Of a stretch of DNA of 64,000 nucleotides, positions 42,800 through 54,206 are shown piece after piece. The notes under the pieces were generated by a model, which saw only the letters and a program-made list of their open reading frames with translations, searched no databases and was not told where the DNA came from. This stretch comes from the human T2T-CHM13v2.0 reference genome, Homo sapiens. How positions within the stretch are numbered: the stretch's first letter is position 1; the number at the start of each line of letters is the position of its first letter. Location: assembly GCF_009914755.1 (NCBI RefSeq), contig NC_060939.1; one strand, written 5' to 3'. The position numbers and the translations under genes were made by a program.

Positions 42800-44200
42800 G
42801 CTGCGTATAAATTGTCCTTCTTTCGCAGCAGAACTCTGATGTTTAGGTGGGCATATTGCCACCCATGCAAAAAACAAAAACTTCCAGCCTCCCTGCAGTT
42901 AAGTGTGATGATGAGACCAAGTTCTGGTTGGTGATATGTTAGCTGCAGGATGTGTGGGACTTCCAGGAAGTCCCTTTAAGAAGGAGTTCAATCTTTTTTC
43001 TCCTTCCTTCTGGTGGCCTGGAATATGGGTGTGATAGCTGGAGCTCCAGGGCTTACCCTGGACCATGAAGCCAAGGACCACATAAGGGTGGATAAAGCAA
43101 AGAGCCAGAAGAAGCAGGGTCCCTGACGAATCGTAGGTGTGCCTTGAACTGCCTTCCTGTGGATGTCTTTTACATGAGTGTGTTTAAGCCACCATTTTTC
43201 AGAAATAAACATGCAATTCCTAACCAATAATCAATTTGTTACCAGAAATGGAGTCTGCCACAACGGAACCTAAAATGTGACATGTGCTCAGCGGACAAGG
43301 GGGAAGGTCAATATTAAGGATTCAAATATTGTAGCTGGAATTTAAAATATGGCTGCACAGTTCTTGACATGCCCTCCATCCAGAGATGGGTTCATTGTCC
43401 CCTCCCCTTGAATCTGGACTGGCTTGTGACTACTTCTGCCAATAGATTTCCATGGAAGTGGAGCTACGTAACTTCTGAGGCTAAGTCATAATGGGCCATG
43501 CTGCTGCCACTGTAACAGACACTCTTGGAACCCTGAGTGCCATTTAAGAAGACTGACCATCCTGAGTCCATCATGCTGGGGTCACCAAGGTGCTCTGATT
43601 GACACTCCTAGCTGGGATTGCCTTTCATCTTTCACAGACTTCCCAGCCCAGGCACCAGACACAGGAGTGAAAGAGTCGTTGGACGAGGGCCCTTCAGCCC
43701 AGGCTGTTCCCAGATCCCAACCACTGGAGTCCTCACCAGCAGTTCAGATCATCTGACCTGTGGCCCCAAACATGGAGCAGTTATGCCCTTTTCAAATTCC
43801 TGACCCACAGAATCTGTGAGCATAATAAAATGGTGGTTAATTTATGCCATTATACATTGAGGGCTTTTGATGCTCAGCAGTAGATAACTGGAACAGCTGG
43901 TAATTCTTACTATGTTAAGATAAAAGTTTAGTTCTTTTTCACAGAGAAGAAGTCCAGACATAGGCAGTCCAGGACAAGTTTGGTCACTTTGTAGTCAGCA
44001 AGAACGCAGATTCCTTTATCTTCCCTGCTGCCTGGAATGTGGACATGATGGGTGGGGCTCCAGCAGCAATATTGGACCAGATGGTAATCTTGAGGATGAC
44101 AGAAGAGAGCAGAAAGGAGCTTTGGTCTCTGATAATAGAGAATAACTCTCTCTCTTGTTTAAGCCACTGTAATTTTAGATCTTCAGGTTATACGGCAAAA
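42800..44200. mobile_element. Cluster of MLT1/MaLR-like LTR fragments
   Basis: Motifs such as TTCCAGCCTCCCTGCAGTTAAGTGTG, AAATTCCTGACCCACAGAATCTGTGAGCATAATAAAATGG and TTTAAGCCACTG. Subfamily not resolved. Confidence 0.6.
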
Positions 44201-45569
44201 GCATTGCTAATAGGCACAGAATTGGAATTCATGGGTTTAGAACCAGGAGATTGGCTTGGCTAAAGCTAAAAGGTTAAGAATTTTCAAATTAGAAGCAGTA
44301 GTTGAAGTCCTGGGTATAAATGAGGTTGCTTAAGGAGAGTACAGAGTGAGAAGAGGAAAGAGCTAAGGAGCCTCGAGGAATGGCAGCAGTTAAAAGAGAG
44401 GCCAGAGGAGGGGCTCCCACCTTTCCAGGGGAAGAAACCCGAGACAGAAGGTGTTCAGTGAACACGACTTCTTCCCCTCTGTGTCTGGGTTGGGAGCCCT
44501 TCCTATGCCTCTTCTGGACACAGCTAACATGCAGCTTTCTCTTCATATCACAAGGGCTCTGTTTTACATGAGGGCCTCCCACATGGGACCAGAAGGAACC
44601 TCCTTAAAGTTTGGAATCAATTGTTAATTCTTCTTGTGGCCCCAGTGCCTACAACAGTGACTGGCATGTAATGGGCAGGCAGTAGTTATTTGCAAGCTGA
44701 ACTGAATTGAACTGCTTTTGGCAAGGAAGTCCTGGGAAGGGAAGGTTTCCAGAAGGAGGGAGTGGTCTGCGGTGCAAACACTGAGAACAATCAAGTCAGA
44801 TAAGGCCTTTACAAGACTGGTGGGTTTGGCTCAGTGCATCTGGCAATGAGGAGGCCATTGGTGACCTTGAGGAGAAGTGTTTTCGTGGGGAGGCAGCGGG
44901 GACAGGGTAACTGGTGTGTGGGAGCGGGTGGGGTGCTGGTTGCTCTTTTGGGAAGAAAGGGTGGAGACAAGGAGGGACGGGTTTCATTCATTTTGTCAAT
45001 TTCATCATCTTCATCATAGGCAGAGAGCAGGCAACTGGGAAGGGAGCCTCCCCTGACTTCTGCAGGATACCATGTGCTTGCCCTGTCAGAGTTGATGACA
45101 CTTTTGTCATTTCCTTAGCCAACTCACCATTTAACTTCTCATGTATGCATAACAATCTTTTCATGGTTTTCTCCCGAACCAAAATGTAAGTTCCTGGAAA
45201 GCAGAGACTGTTTACAGCTTGCTGTGCACAAAGTAGGTGTTTCGTTGGTGTTAACTGCCTCTGTTTCCTCTCAAGCAATGTTTCCTGAAATATACCTGCG
45301 CTTGGAACAGCATGGATCTGTACGAGCTGGTGCCCCACTAGTTGATGACATGGCTTCATGAAAACAGAGGAGCACCTCACCACTAGAAGAGACCCTTGCA
45401 GTAGGAAACAAAGCTGCATGAGAAAAGGTGGGATGGGATGGAAACGGCCTACTCACTCCCCCAGGAGTGGAGAGGAGGAAGCCTGAAGGGATGAGGGCAG
45501 GGTTATGCATATTTTGCAGCATCAGATAATGAAAGCAGATGAGTCAGCAGCATTCACCCACATGGCCAT

Positions 45570-45575
45570 TTTATT
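45570..45575 (-). terminator. Polyadenylation signal AATAAA (PLA2G4E)
   Basis: TTTATT on the + strand; the first AATAAA I found downstream of the stop. Confidence 0.7.
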
Positions 45576-46975
45576 CCATGCACAAATAATATGATGATTT
45601 TATAAACCTCGTTTCACAAACTTTTGATGAATCCAAGGCATGGCTGCCTTCGCCTTACGATAAACAAGTCCTGTCTGTTGCTTGGCTCACTCTTTGATAC
45701 TGGAAGGAGAGTCTGTTGCAGTCAGAAAGAAAAGATGTCAAAGTGGAGGCAGCCAGTTGCTCTGGTGGAGGGGAGGGCTGGTGTCCCAGGTTAGCGTTAC
45801 CTGGATGGGGACCAGTTTTGCAGGTCCAGAGCTCAGTTTATCAGTGGCTCAAGGGAGCACTGATTCATACGTTCCAAGCTCATGGGAGGGAGTGGCGTAA
45901 ATCCAGGCCTCTCAAACTTCAATATGCACAGGAATCACGGGGGGCGCCTGGGGATGGGAATCTCCTGAAAAATGCAGCTTCTAATTTAGTACAGCTGGGC
46001 TAAGGCCTGAGATTCCGCATTTCCAACCAGCTCCCCACTGCACTTTGAGTAGCAAGGATGTACATCGGAGGCCAATTTTTCTAAACTTTTGGTACCTGTC
46101 ACCACTGGTTTCCTCACAACCCAAAGACTGCTTAGGGAGCATGGTGGCCCAGAAAGGGGACTCCGCCTTCCAGGGTTGCTGGGTTTCCTGCAGACCTCAT
46201 GTCTTCCTGCCTTTCTGCTTTCACCTTCTATCAGCCTGGGCCTGTCAGTGGCTCCGGTTATACATTTCCTTGGTTATGTTCCCAGCCTGAAGGGAGACCT
46301 GCTGACTTTGGGTTTCTCTGTGTCCCAGGGTTTTCCCAGAGATTCATTAGGAAGCAATCTTAAAGGGCGGGCTTCTTCCTCTGACGGCTAACCTAGTCCT
46401 TTTTCACTAATTCTTCCCAGTTTCAGTCTCTGTGGGTGACTCTCCAAGAGTTGGAATGCACTGGTCACGGTGTTGACAACACAGATAAGAGGAATCACAT
46501 TTAGAAATAAGTAATCCCATGAGGCAGCCAGAGAGATGGGCAGTAAGAGGCTGAGAGATGCTCTTGGAGCAGGGTCGTCAGTGAGCACCGACAGCTGGAG
46601 TGGGCAGCGCTGGATGCATCGCCTGCCTGGCCCCCAACCTCATTTACCCACAGCCTGCCTGACCTTGCTGAACTCCATCCCAGATCCTCATTTGGTGAAC
46701 CTGGGCTATAGACTTAGGCTTTGCCTGGCATTTGTTTGGAGCTGGATGCTTGGGCATGGCTGTCTGGTCATGATGACATGGATCACCAGCCCTGGAGCTC
46801 TGGGTAGCTGGAGAGAGCCACTGAAACCGGCCACCTGTTTGGCTTTGTTGTGGCAGAGACTGGCTTATTTCTAGGGCTCCATCTAGATCTTCTAGCTTCA
46901 TGCTTCCTATTAATACTCCGATTCATAAAAATAAAAATCATGAAATATAATTGCCTATAAAAATAATGAGACTAG

Positions 46976-47256
<281 letters not shown>

Positions 47257-47724
47257 CTAGAATTGCCTTAAATTTTGAAGTGTTTTTCCAGTGAAACGCC
47301 GAGTGCCTCTCAGGTCCTTCTGTGCATTTCCCTAGGCCCGCCACACGAGGTAGAGGACAGAGAGAGGAGGGCTGCCAGCCCTGGGCTCTGCCTCTGAGTC
47401 GAGGTTTCTGGGGGCCCAGCCTCTTCCCCAGGCTTTTCCTCTCCACAGATGTGTGGGAGCCTGTGGCTATGAGACCACCTTCTCTATAGGGAAGCACTTG
47501 AAGAAACTCTAGTGGGTATAAAACCCCAACAGAGCTCCTCTCTCTCTCTTTCTGACTTTCTCAACTTTTTAAAATTTTTTACTTTTCGTTAGAAAGCCCA
47601 GGCCAACCTGCTCACACCCATTGCCGGAGAGCAGAGCTGGCTGCGTAGTAACCTGGTCAGCCCTGAGGGGTCCTGCACCTCTGATGGTAGAAGCTGACAC
47701 AGAACAGGGGAGGCTCCCTGGGGC

Positions 47725-47945
47725 CTAGGAGGGACACTGGCCCTTCAGGCGCTTCTTCTTCTCCACTGCGAGCCGCAGAGCCTGGAGGAGAGTGTCCTTA
47801 TTATTCAGGATGTTATACTCTGAGAGTTTCACCAGCTTGTCAAAGGTGGCCTCTGTGTATGTCAGCTCCTTGGTGGCATAGGGAGTTTTGGGACCATAAA
47901 TGTCCACCTGGCCCTGCTCCAGCTCCTCAGGGCTTCGCTCTACAC
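47725..47945 (-). CDS. PLA2G4E: PLA2G4E terminal coding exon (221 nt to stop)
   Basis: CGCAG| (G)VERSPEELEQGQVDIYGPKTPY...ALRLAVEKKKRLKGQCPS*; TAG at 47727-47725; C-terminal polybasic KKKRLK. Confidence 0.97.
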
Positions 47946-48406
47946 CTGCGGGCAGCAGGATGACTTGTTATAGACTCTGTCATGTTAGGTTGGAATGACT
48001 TGTTTCCACATCTCTCCCCAAGGCCCACCAACCTGCACTCACGGACACACACACCTGCATGAAAACCTGTACACACGCACACCCTCACACACGCACCTGC
48101 ACACCTGCAAGCTCCTCAGGGCGTGGTGCAGGCTTGCCCATTGGAGGATTGCCCTAGCACCAAGCACAGTACTGGGCACATGGCTGAATGTCAGAAAATG
48201 TAGAATGACTGAAAGAATGGGGGATGACACTACCAGCCCATGGGGGTGAGGGAATGGGAGGCGCCCTTCTTTGTGGAAGCCAAGGTTGGCTCAGGCTGGA
48301 GCTGAGCCAGGCTTCCCCGTTAGTGCCCTTAGAGACTCTACAGATCTAAAGGCATTCCCGGGCCAAGGGCAGCAGGTGCTGGGAACTGAGCACAGAGGCA
48401 GCTCAC

Positions 48407-48590
48407 CTGGTGCCTTGTATTTTCGGAAAGTGTCATTGATGAGTGGGAAGAAAGTCACGATGGGGGCATCGGGTTCCTGGGGGTTCTCCATCAGGTAGCA
48501 TTCCTTGAGATTTTCATTCTCATCTGGCAGCTCGTATTTGGGGAAGGGGATGTTCTGCACAGTGCAGTACTCACAGGTTTGTTTCAGGGG
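48407..48590 (-). CDS. PLA2G4E: PLA2G4E penultimate coding exon (184 nt)
   Basis: TTCCAG| PLKQTCEYCTVQNIPFP...FFPLINDTFRKYKAP(G) |GTGAGC. Confidence 0.97.
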
Positions 48591-49809
48591 CTGGAACAGC
48601 ACAGAGGGCGTGTTTGAGCATTAGGAGGAGTGGGAGTGGAGGAGAAGCACAGAGTTCTTAGCCCCAGCTTCCTGATTTCCCCAGCTAACAACTCAGCTCC
48701 CCAACTGCTTTGCCAGTGTATGGTATTTTGAGACTAAAGCCAGGTCAGGACAAAAGGCCCGAGGCAGTAGGTGGATGCACCTCCAGTTGCAAGCTGCTTC
48801 CCCAAGTAAAATGGACAAAAGCCCTTTCGTTGGTGTTCGCATCCAAACACAGACTTGGGTGGATGTGGTGGGTAGCCTGGAAGGGCGACTGGAACCAGGC
48901 TATACACAGCCAGAGCTGCCCAGGCCCCTGTGGGATGTGCATGGGCTTTGGAGCTGACAGTAGTACAGGGCTAGAAAAGACTCTGCAAGGGCATCTCTAA
49001 AAGCATGATGTCGCAGGAAGAGCACTGCCTTAGAGTGTCAGAACCCCCTCAGTTCTGCCCCTCGTTCCTCTGCTCACTAGCTGTGTGATCTTAAGCAAGT
49101 CTCTCTGTGTCTTGGTTTCCTCATCCATAACATGAGAAATGATAGCAGTTGTGCCGTCTCCCTCCAAGAGCTGGTGTAAGGGCCAAACAAGATCACACGT
49201 AGGAAAGTGCATTGTTACCCATTTACAAACTTAGATTGTTTTCATTGTTGCCCTGTTGGTCTGTGTACACTTCACTTCGCCTGGCTTCAGGGTAGAACTG
49301 TATACACATAGAACTTTCCAAAGTAAATTAAAAAAATAAAAACTTCTGGTTCTGACAAGTGCCCTCCTCTCTCGCCAGGCTTCCCTCCCACCTGAGAGCA
49401 CTTGAGTGTAATTCATGGAGGGTCATATACCCTGGGGGAAGGGAGAGTGTGATCATTTTGAAAATAGGATATTACAAGCTCTTGAATGGAATGGGCTCTA
49501 CTAAGGTTATTTTTAAAAACTCATTTTTTGTAGCTGAAGAATTGCCCAATATGGCAAATGCTCCAAGGCAAGAGTAAAATTCGAATTTGCTAAGTCAACA
49601 TGGGCACCATGGTGTGAGAGCCAGCTGGCTGCCCGTGAGTTCTGGGTGTCTGACTTCCCATCATGACTGCTGCTTGGCTTCCTCTGATGCTCTCTGGGGG
49701 CTGTCCAGAGCATGCCTCTTCCCAGTTCACAGCGAGTGAGGCCACTGACTGCGGGGCCCATCTTAGGAGAGGCTGCAGCCCATGCTCAGGAGGGAGGCTG
49801 CGCACTTGC

Positions 49810-49976
49810 CTTTGTCTGGGACCCAGCACAGTAGTTGAGGTGGATGATGAGGTCGGCTTTTCGCTCTGGCCTGAGGAGGGGCGGGTAGCTGGAGTTGACA
49901 AAGAACGCAGTGTCCAGCAGGCACAGGTGGTTCGCGGACTCGGTCAGCTGGTTTGGGAAACCATCTAGCACTGTGT
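49810..49976 (-). CDS. PLA2G4E: PLA2G4E coding exon (167 nt) with catalytic Asp; ends in a GC donor
   Basis: TTTCAG| (D)TVLDGFPNQLTESANHLCLLDTAFFVNSSYPPLLRPERKADLIIHLNYCAGSQTK |GCAAGT; Asp codon at 49914-49912. Confidence 0.95.
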
Positions 49977-50492
49977 CTGAAAGCCAAGCCTTCCCGTTAC
50001 CAACACACCTGGTGCCCTGACAGCCAATGGACAGAGGCACTTGGGGGGACGGAGCGCCCTGTCTGGAGCATCCTTCGCCTCAGCCTGACCAGGACGCCCA
50101 CTGAGTTCCAGTGCCCTCTGGGTGGCTGAGGAAGAACAGCGTTATCTTGGGCTTTTAGCTAGTCTTTTATGGGATATTGATACTTGTGGGGTATAAGGGG
50201 CTTAAGACCACCCCATAAATAGTGTAAACCCTGGGCCCTGAGTCAGCTGTCCCATTGGCCCCAGATGGTGAGGATGAGGCTTAACAGGCCAGGCTGAAGC
50301 AGCCATTTGCAGGCCACGGCCAATTAAAATATTAAGAAGGCGAAAGTCAATGCCTTAGGGCCTCAGCAGCAGAGGAGGCGGCACTGAGCTGACGCTGCAG
50401 GACCACAGTTTAAGGCCTGGCTCTGCTGCTTACCACTTGGGGGTTCCTGAGCTGGGCCATCCCTGCCCAGTTCCAAGCGGGCACCACTCACA

Positions 50493-50801
<309 letters not shown>

Positions 50802-51142
50802 TAAAGGGCATCCCCAGAACACAACTGCAGAAAGTAAGACCCCCTGTTTCCCCATCTGTAACATGGGGCCAACTTCTACCTGCTAGGACTGTTGTACAGA
50901 TTCTGTATAGAATGACTGTACAGATGCAGTGAGTTAAGTACCCACACCACTCCCTGCTGCCAGACACATACAGTGTTCAAGACGACACCACCAAATGTGG
51001 AAAACACCATGGGGAGAGAGGTGCCTGGCCCAGTGAACATAGCCAGAGAAGTTTTCTTATTCTTTATCCATGGCAGCCTTGACATCCACATCTTCCTCCT
51101 CCATATGGAGGCAGGCCTCAAGGAGTAGCCAGGTAGGGTTAC

Positions 51143-51346
51143 CTTTCCACCTAGAGAACTGGCCATTCTGGAGGTAGTTGGTGTGCAGCTGCAGCCCAGA
51201 CAGGAAGTTGTGAAACTCAGACACGAAGGACCGATGGGTAAGGATTTCTCGGAAAGAATTGGACAGCCATGACCCTGGGATCACTACCGTGGTCTCCAGG
51301 ATGTTAGCATCACATTTGGGGATTTCAGGCAGGATCGGCTCGTCTT
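51143..51346 (-). CDS. PLA2G4E: PLA2G4E coding exon (204 nt)
   Basis: CTGCAG| (E)DEPILPEIPKCD...HNFLSGLQLHTNYLQNGQFSRWK(D) |GTAACC. Confidence 0.95.
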
Positions 51347-51826
51347 CTGCAGGGGAGGGAGGGATGAAGGGCAGGTCATGAGAGGTGGAGTCCCCAGATT
51401 GCCTATGCGAAGCCCCACATGGTTGCCTGGCACCCAGGGGTGAGCACTGTAAAAGCAGCTCATACCTTCCTTGCTGGGCTCTCAAGGTCCTGGCACTGGG
51501 GTTAGGAGGATTCAGGTGAGAGACATGGAGTAAGCAGAGAGGTAGTAGAGAGGGAGGGGGAGCGAGACAGCTAAGAAGCGTCCTGGAGAGGACAGGGAGT
51601 TTCAAAGAGTGACCTGTGACTGCTATAGACCCTACTCTCCTCACTTCTCCTGGGTGCTGGCAGCCTTGCCTCCAGGCCTTGGCGCTGGTGTCACTCACCT
51701 ACAGTCACCCTCCCCTCCAGGCAGGGAAGACACTGTAGCCCCAGCTGCCCTCCCACGTCTTAGGCCATAGGTGACGATGCGGAAACATGTGGCAGGGGGC
51801 CTCATCCTCGGTTTGTGGTCCACACC

Positions 51827-52018
51827 CCGCCCCCCATCACCCAGCCATGAGGGAAAGCCGGGGGCCGCCCCCCATCACCCAGCCATGAGGGAAAGCCGGG
51901 GGCCGCCCCCCATCACCCAGCCATGAGGGAAAGCCGGGGGCCGCCCCCCATCACCCAGCCATGAGGGAAAGCCGGTGTCACCCATCACCCAGCCATGAGG
52001 GAAAGCCGGGGTCACCCA
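51827..52018. repeat. 38-bp GC-rich minisatellite, ~5 copies
   Basis: Three perfect copies of CCGCCCCCCATCACCCAGCCATGAGGGAAAGCCGGGGG plus two variant copies. Confidence 0.95.
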
Positions 52019-52019
52019 C

Positions 52020-52127
52020 CGATGTCCTGCACTTTCTCCCTTGTCCACCTGTGGAAAAACTCCTCCGAGGTGTGTGACAGGTTCCAGGCATCCAGCAGGT
52101 TCAGGGAGAAGATGCTGCTCCACAGGC
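52020..52127 (-). CDS. PLA2G4E: PLA2G4E coding exon (108 nt)
   Basis: CCCAG| (G)LWSSIFSLNLLDAWNLSHTSEEFFHRWTREKVQDI(E) |GTGGGT. Confidence 0.95.
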
Positions 52128-53385
52128 CTGGGAGCCAGGGCCAGCGTGAGCAGCTCCACCCTGCAGCCCCAGGCCCCACACTGACATTTGATTCCCCACT
52201 CCCCCCACCCCCCCACCCCACGCAAGCCAGGCTGCTCCACAGGCGGGACAGACTTCAGACTTCCATGTCCTTCTCCCCTTCCCACTGCAGCTCAACACAG
52301 TGACTGAGGGGCTCAGCTCTCAGCTCTTCTCTTCCCTCCCCTCAGTGCCGGGAGACGTAAAGGTGTATAAGGCACAGCCCCGGCAGGGATTTAATGCTGG
52401 CAAGTGCAGGCTTTGAGTTTAAGTCCAGCTGCTGTCAGTGAATACATCTAAAGCATTTAGGGCAGCACCTGGCACATGGCGAGCACTCAATAAATGCAAA
52501 TGCTATTTGTTATTATGATTTTTAAATGTAGGCATTAGACATTGACCCATTTGGAATCTCTATAAGGTGGGTTTTACTCTTAAGCCTAATTAACTAAGGA
52601 GAAGATGGAGGCTTCGACAGGTGAGGCAATCTGGCCAACTTTACACAGCTAGTGAGTGAGAAGCCAGAGTTCAGAGTTCAAGCCCACGTGTTTTGCCCAC
52701 AGTTTTCTAAACCACATGCTCATCAGCATAGGTGTTCAGGGGAAGGAGAGGCCACCGTGGGCTGGGGGCTTCTGGGGGAAGAAGTGATGGGACTGAGTTG
52801 GATCTTGCAGGATGGGTTGGTTTGGGATAGACAGAAGGGGAAGGCACAGACAACTAATTTAAATAAGGGCGTGTTGGGGCTGTGAATGTGGGTCTGTTTC
52901 TGAAGAAGCCCTTTGACGGGCGCAGCTAAGACTCTGAAGGGAAGAACTCGAGTGGGTCCTGCATTCGGTGGGCCCAGCTCATGAAGAACCGAGGCGCTTA
53001 GGGTGGGAGGCTGGGCTAGGCTTCTCTGGTGACCCTGCCCCTTACCCTGTGGTCTCCCTGGACCCTCGGGTCCCAGGTCTGGGTTGGCCCCTGGAAGCAG
53101 GCACACTGCTGGCTGAAGCTAGACGGGAGTGGGTGGGAGTTACAGAAGCTTCCGTCTGAGTCTGCTGTTCCCAGTGTGGTGCTGAGCAGGCTGCAGGGAG
53201 ACTGCTGGAGACCAGGAAATTGGGAGAGCCCCCAGACCAACTCTGGTCCCCAGTGACTTGGGACCACTCCTAGGATGAGACAATGCTGGCAAGTGCCCCG
53301 AGTGTCACATAATCAGGGGCCAACCCAGGGTGGCCCAGCACTGGGCAGCAGCCCCCTGTCATTCCGCCAGTTGCAAGGCAGTCAC

Positions 53386-53523
53386 CTAGCATGTAGCAGA
53401 TTCGAGACTCCGGGATCCTCTTCACCAGCCGCCCCATGAAGAACTCGGAGCCGAAGAGCTCGGAGGGGATGAAGGCCCCATACTTCTGCAGACCCACCTC
53501 GTAGGGGGAGAACTCGAACCACT
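53386..53523 (-). CDS. PLA2G4E: PLA2G4E coding exon (138 nt)
   Basis: TGCAG| (E)[45 protein letters not shown](G) |GTGACT. Confidence 0.97.
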
Positions 53524-54091
53524 CTGCACATGAAGCAGCAGGACGGGGGTCAGTCTCAGGCCGGGGAGCCGTCCACACAGCCGGGCCCCCCTCCTGCCTG
53601 CAGCCACTGGCTCAGGCCTTGGAAAGCCTGGGACAGGGAGGCCGCAGTTCCCCCAAAGGACACATGGGGGCACCCTTGGCCAGCTTCTGCTGGTGTAGCA
53701 AGGGTCAGCTTTGCCATGCTTTGCAAGGAGGATGGCTCATTTGCACCTCAGAGCCTGTTGAATGGGACAAAAACTGACCCTGAAGCAGGGCAGCTCTCTC
53801 GAGTCTCTCTCTCTCTGGGCAGCGTAGAAATATCTTCCTTTCACAACCTTTGTCTTCCCCAGTGTCATTAAACACATGCCCAGGGAAGCTGCAGACAGTG
53901 CCTGCCGGCCTCACCCATGCAGCAGGGCAGATTGGGGTAGCAAAGGTGATTTCTCCAGCTGTGTGCACAGTCTGGATGTAGAGGTTGACAAAGATGAGTG
54001 GGATTGGGGGACCTGGAGGTGCTGGGTGCTTTTGCCCACCAAGAAGTCCCCCCCTCCACCCCACTTGTAAATCACCAGCCACTGGTGTTAC

Positions 54092-54206
54092 CTCTGAAGT
54101 CCTGGTTGCTTACATCATCCTTGACATTGATGGTGAGGTAGATGGGCAGGGGGTTCTGGCCGCAGCTCAAAGCAGCACGCTGATCTGACAGTTTGCATTC
54201 ATTTCT
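54092..54206 (-). CDS. PLA2G4E: PLA2G4E coding exon (115 nt)
   Basis: CCACAG| RNECKLSDQRAALSCGQNPLPIYLTINVKDDVSNQDFR(E) |GTAACA. Confidence 0.97.
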
